32,000 nt of DNA from positions 1,710,001-1,742,000 of the forward strand of contig NZ_CP064923.1 in assembly GCF_018336915.1 (NCBI RefSeq). The letters run 5' to 3'. Shown piece by piece: positions 1 through 7,374 of the stretch (positions are counted from its first letter, which is position 1; each line of letters begins with the position of its first letter). The notes under the pieces are model-generated. The model did no database searches. It saw only the letters and a program-made list of their open reading frames with translations, and had not been told where the DNA came from. The stretch comes from Acaryochloris marina S15 (GTDB taxonomy: Bacteria > Cyanobacteriota > Cyanobacteriia > Thermosynechococcales > Thermosynechococcaceae). The position numbers and the translations under genes were made by a program.

Positions 1-1256
1 TTCAAATTCTCCAAAATTGTTTAGCACCCTATCAACCGGTAACGCTTCCTCAGCTGCCCGCTGGCATTGGTGGTCTTGTGGGTTTCTGGGGATATGAATT
101 AATTAATTGGATTGAATCACGGGTACCGATTCATCCCGCCTCTAGCTCAGATTTACCGGATGGGCTCTGGATGCAGGTGGATAATTTAATGATTTTTGAT
201 CAGGTCCAGCGCAAAATTTGGGTCATTGCCTATGCTGATTTACAACAAACGCCTGATTTGAAGGTGGCTTATCAGCAAGCATGCGATCGCGTTGAACATC
301 TGGTCCAAAAGCTACAAGAGCCCCTCGATCGACAAAGCTTAGAGCTGACGGGTATGACGCCCACCCAGTCCGTTACGGCTGACTTTACCAGTAATACGAC
401 CCCAGCTGGATTCTGTCGCAATGTCCAGCAGGCGAAAGACTATATCAAAGCTGGGGATATTTTCCAGGTTGTTTTATCCCAACGGTTATCTACAGCCTAT
501 CAAGGCGACCCGTTTGAGCTTTACCGCTCCTTGCGTTTGATCAACCCATCTCCCTACATGTCCTACCTGCACTTTCGTGATTGGCAAATTATTGGCTCCA
601 GTCCAGAAGTGATGGTGAAAGCGGAACATAGCACCTATGGGAATGGAGGATTAGCAGCGACCGTGCGACCAATCGCAGGGACTCGTCCCCGTGGGCAAAC
701 GCCCCAAGAGGATATTGCTTTGGCCGCAGAACTCCTCCAAGATCCGAAAGAAATTGCAGAGCATGTCATGCTTGTCGACTTAGGGCGGAATGACTTAGGA
801 CGAGTCTGTAGCAAAGGGTCGGTGGAGGTGAAGTCAGAGGATCTGATGGTGATCGAACGCTACTCCCATGTCATGCATATTGTGAGCAATGTTGTGGGGG
901 AACTTGAGGAGGACAAAACTGCCTGGGACTTACTCAAAGCCTGCTTTCCTGCCGGTACAGTCAGTGGTGCGCCTAAGATTCGAGCCATGGAAATCATCCA
1001 TGAACTAGAAGGATGTCGACGGGGGCCTTATTCAGGGGTGTATGGCTACTATGATTTTGAGGGTCAGCTAAATACGGCCATCTCGATCCGGACGATGGTT
1101 GTCCAACAACAATCTCATGAGCAACATCTTGTAACGGTGCAGGCAGGAGCAGGGATTGTGGCAGATTCTGAGCCTATTCGAGAATATGAAGAGACACTCA
1201 ACAAGGCTAAGGGGCTGTTACAAGCCATTCATTGCGTACAAGGTGCTTCTTCCTGA
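1..1256 (+). CDS. trpE: Anthranilate synthase component I (5'-truncated by window edge)
   Basis: Frame 3 is open from nt 3 (QILQNCLAPYQPV...), so the track start at 78 (GTG) is internal. The translation carries chorismate-utilising/TrpE signatures: LINPSPYMSYL, GTRPRG, LVDLGRND, ERYSHVMHIVS, PAGTVSGAPKIRAMEII, RGPYSG, GAGIVADS. Stop is TGA at 1254-1256. Confidence 0.9.
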   Translation, partial: QILQNCLAPYQPVTLPQLPAGIGGLVGFWGYELINWIESRVPIHPASSSDLPDGLWMQVDNLMIFDQVQRKIWVIAYADLQQTPDLKVAYQQACDRVEHLVQKLQEPLDRQSLELTGMTPTQSVTADFTSNTTPAGFCRNVQQAKDYIKAGDIFQVVLSQRLSTAYQGDPFELYRSLRLINPSPYMSYLHFRDWQIIGSSPEVMVKAEHSTYGNGGLAATVRPIAGTRPRGQTPQEDIALAAELLQDPKEIAEHVMLVDLGRNDLGRVCSKGSVEVKSEDLMVIERYSHVMHIVSNVVGELEEDKTAWDLLKACFPAGTVSGAPKIRAMEIIHELEGCRRGPYSGVYGYYDFEGQLNTAISIRTMVVQQQSHEQHLVTVQAGAGIVADSEPIREYEETLNKAKGLLQAIHCVQGASS

Positions 1257-1258
1257 TC

Positions 1259-1600
1259 ATGACAACCTACCAAGTCCGATTTATCAACCCCGAACTTGAT
1301 CTAGATCACACAATTAATATTCCAGATGATGAATATATTCTCGATATCGCGGAAGAAAATAATATAAATCTCCCTTCTGCTTGCAGACAGGGAGATTGTT
1401 CAACTTGCGTTGCTCGACTCATCAGTGGAACAGTCGAGCAATCAGAACAGAAATTTTTGAACTCAACGGAAATAGGCCAAGGTTATACGGTTACCTGTGT
1501 GGCCTATCCCCGTTCAGACTGCGTGTTAGAAACTCACCAAGAACAAACGCTGTATCAAGCGTCTCTCTATCAAAAGTCTGTAGATATCAAGACGACTTAA
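1259..1600 (+). CDS. Plant-type [2Fe-2S] ferredoxin, FdC2/Fed2-like with C-terminal extension
   Basis: ATG at 1259 lies 2 nt after the trpE stop. The track's TTG at 1232 would overlap trpE. The cysteine pattern is C-x4-C-x2-C ... C (SACRQGDCSTCVARL ... YTVTCVAYP). The N-terminal TYQVR and YPRSDC..THQE, plus about 14 aa after the usual ...LY end, resemble the Fed2/FdC2 subgroup (from memory of the family). Confidence 0.85.
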   Translation: MTTYQVRFINPELDLDHTINIPDDEYILDIAEENNINLPSACRQGDCSTCVARLISGTVEQSEQKFLNSTEIGQGYTVTCVAYPRSDCVLETHQEQTLYQASLYQKSVDIKTT

Positions 1601-2019
1601 GATTGGGTTTGAGCAAACAACATTTCCTTCAGCTTTTCTAACTCGTCAGCCCATCTTGGATCAGGCTGAGCTGCTTCTGCTTGAGTATAAGAGTGGGATT
1701 TGCTTTTATTACCATTGCCACGGCGAGGAGCATTATTACTGGTCCCTGGGTTGCTAGTAGTCTCCTTGCTTTTAGGTAAAGCTTTCTCAATCTTCAAGGC
1801 ACTGTCTTTGAACATATGCCCATTTAACTTAGCAATCACTTGGTCTGCTTGCTCATCTGTTTCCACAGTGACAAACCCAAACCCACGGCATTTACCGGTC
1901 TTCCGATCGGTAACAACTTTTGTGGAAGTGAGTTCACCCACCTCTGCAGTGAATAATGCAGCTAGTTCGTCCCGGTCCAACTCTTTGGGTAAGTTACCGA
2001 CGTATAGGCGGATGGACAT
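1597..2019 (-). CDS. RRM-type RNA-binding protein (cyanobacterial Rbp, class without Gly-rich tail)
   Basis: RNP2 (LYVGNL) and RNP1 (CRGFGFVTV) motifs are present. GGAGG lies 8 nt upstream of the ATG (minus strand). The C-terminal PDPRWADELEKLK motif is typical of the non-glycine-rich Rbp class. Confidence 0.9.
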   Translation of the reverse strand: MSIRLYVGNLPKELDRDELAALFTAEVGELTSTKVVTDRKTGKCRGFGFVTVETDEQADQVIAKLNGHMFKDSALKIEKALPKSKETTSNPGTSNNAPRRGNGNKSKSHSYTQAEAAQPDPRWADELEKLKEMLFAQTQS

Positions 2020-2649
2020 TGAGAATACCTCCAGGGGATTGATATATGAGTTAAAAAAATTGAAAGGACACTAGATTTGAACTGGATGGTTGTTTGGCAC
2101 AAACCAAGCTCCACCGCCACGCTACTCTGCTGTAGATTACCACTGCACTCTCTATTGATAAGCCTAGTAAATATGAGAACAGCTTTGAATCTTGCAGACA
2201 ACTTGCCGCGAAAAATTTAGATGAATATTCAGGAAAGTAGATTTCACAGACTTCGAATCTAGTCACAGCCTTGTGTAAAAGTTTTTGAAAAAAGCCTCTT
2301 TTACAAAGCGCACCAGCTTTTAAAGTATCACGGTCTACGACCGCAAAGTGATGAAATCTAAACAACTGTTATTTGCTCAGGTAATATTCATGAGCTGGGA
2401 AGAAGCAGTCGGAATAAATCGACTGGTTCAATAAGCTGTGTTGAGAAGAAGGCCTGATATGTAGAGGGAGAAGATAGCTCAGCAATCCATAAGTTCTTCA
2501 ATATTAAGAAATGTAACACACAATGTTAGGGTCTGCAACTTTCCTTCAAGATTTTCTCAAGGGGGGAAGTTTGTTTGTTATGGTTGCTTCAAGCCAGTAA
2601 TTGTGCTTCACTCCTTTTGATACCGTCTCATTTCTCCCCCCAAACGTCT

Positions 2650-3351
2650 ATGGATGATCGGCACAGTTCCCGTGACGACAAACTAGAAATTCAGCTTCGT
2701 TCAACTCCGTTTTTTGCTGGTTTACCCGATCCAGTCGTTGATCAAGCGGTTGCTCAAGTTGTAACCCGCGAACACCCTGCAAATAGGGTGATTCTCCTAG
2801 AAAATGATTGGGGAAGTTCGGTTTACTTCATTTTGAATGGGTGGGTTAAAATCCGGACCTATAACATTGATGGCAAAGAAGTCACCTTAAACATTGTGGG
2901 TAAGGGTGAGATTTTTGGCGAAATGGCTCCCTTAGACGAAGTGCCCCGCTCTACAGATGTGATTACCCTCACCCCCACAACTGTAGCGAATATGCCTTCT
3001 ACAGATTTTGTGAACCTGATGCAGACCCAGCCTCAAGCTGGCATCCGTCTGGCTAAGCTGATGGCTCGTCGTTTGCGGCAGCTTAATCGGCGGTTGAGAT
3101 TGCGAGAGGCAGATGCTCAATCCCGCGTTGCAGATATTCTCTTATTCTTAGCGGAAGGTCAGGGAATTGAGGGGAAAGGTGGCATAGAAATTCCCAATTT
3201 ACCCCATCGAGAATTAAGTAGTCTCAGCGGGATGGCCCGAGAGACAGTAACCCGCCAATTAGGTAAGCTGGAAAATAAAGGCCTCATTCAACGCAATCAG
3301 GATGTTCTGTGCATCATTGATACTGATGCCCTAGAAGATTTAATTCTTTAA
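2650..3351 (+). CDS. Crp/Fnr-family transcriptional regulator (cNMP-binding domain + C-terminal HTH)
   Basis: I prefer the ATG at 2650 (MDDRHSS...) to the track's TTG at 2575. There is a cNMP-binding-like core (VYFILNGWVKI ... GEIFGEMAPLD..PRSTDVITLT) and a Crp-type HTH (HRELSSLSGMARETVTRQLGKLENKGLI). Confidence 0.85.
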   Translation: MDDRHSSRDDKLEIQLRSTPFFAGLPDPVVDQAVAQVVTREHPANRVILLENDWGSSVYFILNGWVKIRTYNIDGKEVTLNIVGKGEIFGEMAPLDEVPRSTDVITLTPTTVANMPSTDFVNLMQTQPQAGIRLAKLMARRLRQLNRRLRLREADAQSRVADILLFLAEGQGIEGKGGIEIPNLPHRELSSLSGMARETVTRQLGKLENKGLIQRNQDVLCIIDTDALEDLIL

Positions 3352-3547
3352 TTCCTGTTAGGTGGATCATCCTATCCGTGGTCATCTAGACTGACCTGTC
3401 CCATTGGAGTTGAAGCATTGATGTGTATTTCCATCTTCAATGGGGACGTACTGCTTATGATCCTGGCGTTTGCAATCACAATTAAATGAGCCAGATTTAT
3501 TTGAATCTTCAGCGTCAGAAGAATTTCACCCTCAGTTTACGTTGGTA

Positions 3548-4195
3548 ATGTCCAAGGTTCCTCCTAACCCAGCCAATAAGCCACTACCCATGGTAGAGAC
3601 GGCTTTTTTGGCTAGTGCAACAGCATTAATCTGGTATATCAATACTTATTTCCCCCTGGGACCGTTGTTACGGATTTTTTTCCCTATCCCCACAGCTTTG
3701 CTCTATCTGCGGTGGGGCAATCGTTCCGCATGGATGAGTGCTTGGGTGACCACGCTTTTGATTACCGTTTTGATGGGACCTCCTCGGAGTGTTCAGTTTT
3801 TAATGCCTTATGGTGTGGTGGGGGTCATTCTTGGAGGGTTGTGGAAACGGCAAGTCAGTTGGGCCGTTTCGATGGGCTGGAGCATCCTGATCATGGCGAT
3901 TGGATTTTTCTTCCAGCTCAATTTGCTTTCGTTACTGGTCGGGACCAATCTTTGGATCTATATCAACCGTCAAATTACGGGCTTTTTAGATTGGGTTGTG
4001 ATTAAGTTAGGTCTTCTGCTGCAGCCCGATGTGATCGTCATACAACTCTTTGCCGTTGGTTTGATTCTGTTGAATGCTTTTTTATATATCTTGTTGGTGC
4101 ACTTAGTGGCTTGGCTTGTTTTCGATCGCATCGGGGTATCCATCCCCGATCCGCCCCTATGGTTGCAAACCTTTCTTGAATACCAGGACGAGTAA
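3548..4195 (+). CDS. Polytopic membrane protein (DUF2232-like, assignment from memory)
   Basis: I prefer the ATG at 3548 to the TTG at 3470. The protein has about 5-6 hydrophobic helices (LASATALIWYINTYF, WVTTLLITVLMG, YGVVGVILGGLW, ILIMAIGFFFQLNLLSLLV, LFAVGLILLNAFLYILLVHLVAWLVF). Its stop lies 3 nt before the next gene's ATG. Confidence 0.7.
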   Translation: MSKVPPNPANKPLPMVETAFLASATALIWYINTYFPLGPLLRIFFPIPTALLYLRWGNRSAWMSAWVTTLLITVLMGPPRSVQFLMPYGVVGVILGGLWKRQVSWAVSMGWSILIMAIGFFFQLNLLSLLVGTNLWIYINRQITGFLDWVVIKLGLLLQPDVIVIQLFAVGLILLNAFLYILLVHLVAWLVFDRIGVSIPDPPLWLQTFLEYQDE

Positions 4196-4198
4196 CCT

Positions 4199-5308
4199 AT
4201 GCTGCGGGTGTATACCCAGCTAGAGCGGGGTAATCAGTGGCTGAAGCAATATGAAGGACGTTCACCGATTTTTGCCTGTGTCTTGGGATTTACGGAGACA
4301 GGATTAATTCCCAATATTTCGACGGCAGGGGCAACCCCCGCAGCTCGATGTTTAACGGCCCTTGCAGATGCAGAATTCTTATTCCATGGCCCACAAGCTC
4401 AGCCAACCTATCCTTTACCTGACTTGGCTCAAGGCGTGTCTCCAGCCATGATTTCATGGCCCATTTATACCCATCAAAACTTTCCCTTCCGGCTTTTCAA
4501 TGCCGGGCTACAGCATCTGCCCACGGTTCCGACGGTGGATTTGGGTGGACAAGCTGCCCGTTGCCTCAGTTCGGGGATGGCTTTGCCCCTGCCCATTGTT
4601 GAGCTGTTATTTAATCAAGGGTTGGCGTGGGGGGAAACCCTAGCTAAGCAAGCGGCAGATGGATATCTGATTTTGGCTGAATGCGTGGTGGGGGGGACAA
4701 CGACGGCTCAAGGGATATTAACGGGATTAGGATACTCGGTAGCAGGCCAGGTGAATAGCAGCCATCCGGTCTGTAATCATCAGCAAAAGCATCAGCTGGT
4801 CGAGGAAGGGTTAGCTAAAGCGGGGCGGCAGGACTGGCTGGCCCATCCGTTGGGGCTAGTGGCTGCGGTGGGCGATCCAATGCAGATTGTGGTGGCGGGG
4901 ATGATGCTTACGGCCAGTCGCTCCTGTGGGGTTATGTTGGCGGGTGGGACACAAATGCTGGCGGTGTATGCTTTGGCGAGGCAGATTTCACAGATATTTC
5001 AACTGCCTTGGTACCCTGACAATATGCTTGTGGGGACCACCCGCTGGGTGGTTGAGGATCCGTCAGGGGATACGGTTGCCCTGGCGAACCAGGTAGGCGA
5101 GGTGCCTTTAGTGGCGACCCAGCTCAATTTCGCAACCTCACGCTATCCGCAGTTACAGATATTTGAGCAGGGGTTTGTGAAAGAAGGGGTCGGTGCAGGC
5201 GGATGTGCGATCGCAGCTCATCTTTTCCAGGGGTGGCAGCAAAACGACATCTTGAATGCTGTGGAACAAACCTTAGAAGACTATTGCCGTTTGCGGGACC
5301 CAGGCTAA
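4199..5308 (+). CDS. CobT-like protein, UPF0284/TIGR00303 family (nicotinate-nucleotide-dimethylbenzimidazole phosphoribosyltransferase homologue)
   Basis: The N-terminal GLIPNISTAGATP...ALADAEFL and the central ECVVGGTTTAQG and GDPMQ motifs match the UPF0284/CobT-like family as I recall it. Length is 369 aa. The gene is tightly coupled to the upstream membrane-protein gene. Confidence 0.75.
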   Translation: MLRVYTQLERGNQWLKQYEGRSPIFACVLGFTETGLIPNISTAGATPAARCLTALADAEFLFHGPQAQPTYPLPDLAQGVSPAMISWPIYTHQNFPFRLFNAGLQHLPTVPTVDLGGQAARCLSSGMALPLPIVELLFNQGLAWGETLAKQAADGYLILAECVVGGTTTAQGILTGLGYSVAGQVNSSHPVCNHQQKHQLVEEGLAKAGRQDWLAHPLGLVAAVGDPMQIVVAGMMLTASRSCGVMLAGGTQMLAVYALARQISQIFQLPWYPDNMLVGTTRWVVEDPSGDTVALANQVGEVPLVATQLNFATSRYPQLQIFEQGFVKEGVGAGGCAIAAHLFQGWQQNDILNAVEQTLEDYCRLRDPG

Positions 5309-5967
5309 ACCCAGGCGAATTCGGACGCGATCTCATCCCAACCTAATCCCTCTCGTACCACTGTGGGCTGATTTTGACAGAGATCTAAAATGGTTGAGGC
5401 TTTGTCGCTGAGATCTTGACCGTTGTCGATAATCAGATCCACTTGTTTGTCGAAATGATCAAAGAGCTCGGCCGGAGAAAGGGGTTCTTGGTTTTTAGAC
5501 CAGCCATAAACACTGACCTGATCAGAGAAATGAGCAGAAGTAGAGATGATCGGGTTGGCCAGGGATTCCAAAAGGGCCAGACAAACAGGATGATTCGGGA
5601 CGCGGATACCGGTGGTTTTGCGCTTCGGATTTTGTACCAATTTAGGAACAAGCTTAGTGCTCGGTAACAGGAAGGTATAGGGGCCGGGAATCAGCTTGCG
5701 CATGATTTTGTAGGCTGGATCGCTGACTCGAGCGTATTGAGCAATATTGGAAAGGGACGAGCAGAGAAACGTCAAAGGTTTGTCATTTGACATTTGTTTA
5801 ATTTGTCTGACCCGTTGAACCGCGGCTTTGGAGTTCATATCACAGCCAATGGCATAAACCGTATCCGTGGGATATAGCATGACCGCTCCGTTCAGTAAAT
5901 CTGCCCGAATCGCGTCAATCGTTCGTGGTTGAGGGTCTTGAGGATGAACGGTATAAATTTGGGCCAT
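5305..5967 (-). CDS. tsaC: L-threonylcarbamoyladenylate synthase, YrdC/TsaC-type (t6A biosynthesis)
   Basis: ATG at 5967 is preceded by AAGGAGAAGATC (a good SD). The track's longer start at 6042 would overlap larC. YrdC-domain motifs are present: AVMLYPTDTVYAIGCD, KPLTFLC, PGPYTFLL, GIRVPNHP, ISTSA. Confidence 0.85.
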   Translation of the reverse strand: MAQIYTVHPQDPQPRTIDAIRADLLNGAVMLYPTDTVYAIGCDMNSKAAVQRVRQIKQMSNDKPLTFLCSSLSNIAQYARVSDPAYKIMRKLIPGPYTFLLPSTKLVPKLVQNPKRKTTGIRVPNHPVCLALLESLANPIISTSAHFSDQVSVYGWSKNQEPLSPAELFDHFDKQVDLIIDNGQDLSDKASTILDLCQNQPTVVREGLGWDEIASEFAWV

Positions 5968-6077
5968 GATCTTCTCCTTTGTCATCTGGCCTTGGTCTAT
6001 GAGTGGGACCAGTTGGCTTTCCAGCCATAAGGACAGGTACACTGAAATTCGATGCTCCCGTGCGGGGACTGCCCTCT

Positions 6078-7292
6078 ATGACCAAACTAGCCTATTTTGA
6101 GTGCCCCACAGGCATTGCTGGGGATATGTGCTTGGGAGCGCTCTTAGATTTAGGGGTGCCGCTTTCCTTTCTCCAAGACTATTTCAGGCGTTTGGACATT
6201 GAGCAGGAATTTGAATTACAGGTCAGCTCCGTTCACCGTCAAAGCCAACAAGCCACCTATGTTCGAGTGGAACTGGAGAAAGAGGCTGGGCAATCATCTG
6301 AACATCAGCATTCCCATCACCGGCATTTGCCAGAAATTGAACGCCTGATTCTGGGAGCTGAATTGCCTAAACAGGCAGAACTCTGGAGTTTAGACATTTT
6401 TCGGAATTTAGCCATTGCTGAAGGCAAGGTGCATGGCATTGAACCCAATCGGGTGCATTTCCATGAAGTTGGGGCAACGGATGCCATCGTGGATATTGTG
6501 GGAACCTGTGTAGGGCTGTATTGGTTGGGGGTTGAGGAACTGTTCTGTTCTGCTCTACCGACTGGAGGTGGGACGGTTAAAGCGGCCCATGGGCAGTTGC
6601 CGGTGCCAGTGCCAGCGGTCTTACAGTTATGGCAAAGGCGACAAGTGCCGGTTTATGACAATGGTATTGATAAGGAATTGGTCACGCCGACGGGGGCTGC
6701 GATCGCAACCACTCTGGCTCAATCCTTTGGACCTCCACCCCCCATGTCTCTACACCAGATCGGGTTGGGGGCGGGTACCCTGGACTTATCTTTGCCTAAT
6801 GTTCTTCGCCTCTGGCTCGGTGAATCTGTAGCTTCTCCATCTTCATCGAGCCAGTCAGAAACCGTAGTTGTGCTGGAGACACAAATCGATGACCTTAATC
6901 CCCAAGCCTTTGGATATGTCTTTGAGGCTCTATTTCAGGCAGGGGCCTTAGATGTTTTTACCCAGCCAGTGGGAATGAAGAAATCCCGCCCTGGCATTCT
7001 GTTGACGGTGATTTGCCAGCCTGAAATTGCCCCGGCTTGTGAAACGGTGATATTCAAAGAAACAAGCACGCTGGGAATTCGGCGATCGCAACAGCAACGA
7101 ACAACCTTGCAACGGGAAATTAAAGCCGTTGATACGGTCTACGGTCCAATCCAGATCAAGCTGGCGTATCATCATCAGCAGCTGGTCAACGTCCAGCCTG
7201 AATATGAAGACTGTGCCCAGATTGCCCAAACCCATCATTTGTCCTGGCAACACGTTCATCAGACTGCTTTATTGGCTTGGTATCAACAGTAA
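6078..7292 (+). CDS. larC: LarC-family nickel-insertion protein (DUF111; Ni-pincer cofactor biosynthesis)
   Basis: I prefer the ATG at 6078 (MTKLAYFECPTGIAGDMCLGALLDLGVP), which is the classic LarC N-terminus. There is a His-rich stretch (SSEHQHSHHRH), an HFHEVGATDAIVDIVG motif, and a C-terminal GMKKSRPG motif. Confidence 0.8.
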   Translation: MTKLAYFECPTGIAGDMCLGALLDLGVPLSFLQDYFRRLDIEQEFELQVSSVHRQSQQATYVRVELEKEAGQSSEHQHSHHRHLPEIERLILGAELPKQAELWSLDIFRNLAIAEGKVHGIEPNRVHFHEVGATDAIVDIVGTCVGLYWLGVEELFCSALPTGGGTVKAAHGQLPVPVPAVLQLWQRRQVPVYDNGIDKELVTPTGAAIATTLAQSFGPPPPMSLHQIGLGAGTLDLSLPNVLRLWLGESVASPSSSSQSETVVVLETQIDDLNPQAFGYVFEALFQAGALDVFTQPVGMKKSRPGILLTVICQPEIAPACETVIFKETSTLGIRRSQQQRTTLQREIKAVDTVYGPIQIKLAYHHQQLVNVQPEYEDCAQIAQTHHLSWQHVHQTALLAWYQQ

Positions 7293-7294
7293 GG

Positions 7295-7337
7295 AATTAA
7301 TAGGTGCAATGTGAACAGCAATTAATAGGTGTAATGT
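7295..7337. repeat. Imperfect 18-bp direct repeat x2 (AATTAATAGGTG[C/T]AATGT), period 25 bp; third partial copy AATAGGTG at 7343-7350
   Basis: Read directly from the sequence. Copy 1 is 7295-7312 and copy 2 is 7320-7337, with 1 mismatch. The repeat lies in the 82-bp gap between the convergent larC and kinase genes. Confidence 0.7.
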
Positions 7338-7374
7338 CCTGAAATAGGTGGATGGTTAGCGATGTTCATCTAAG

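Noticed and set aside
1700-2074. 124-aa ORF antisense to the whole rbp gene.
   Set aside because: It has a TTG start and a Leu/Ser/Pro-rich low-complexity product. The opposite strand encodes a textbook RRM with a strong SD.
2274-2305. Possible CRP/NtcA-type operator (TGTAAAAG...CTTTTACA) upstream of the Crp-family gene.
   Set aside because: The half-site spacing (16 nt) fits neither TGTGA-N6-TCACA nor GTA-N8-TAC. I kept it only as a hairpin observation.
1962-2365. Two minus-strand ORFs (79 and 104 aa) in the rbp/crp intergenic region.
   Set aside because: They overlap each other and the rbp 5' end, have odd composition, and show no SD or motif. I treated them as non-coding.
3712-4005. 97-aa ORF in an alternative frame inside the membrane-protein gene. 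Similar nested ORFs occur at 6532-6831, 6948-7259, 17265-17594, 22285-23469, 24994-25236 and 25711-25908.
   Set aside because: All are nested in better-supported CDSs and show no motifs.
5968-6077. Track versions of tsaC (to 6042) and larC (from 6003) overlap head-to-head. Similar long N-terminal extensions occur at 1232, 2575, 3470, 14090 and 24809.
   Set aside because: The extensions start at TTG/GTG and add non-conserved residues. Internal ATGs give the canonical family N-termini, and for tsaC a strong SD. I used the shorter starts.
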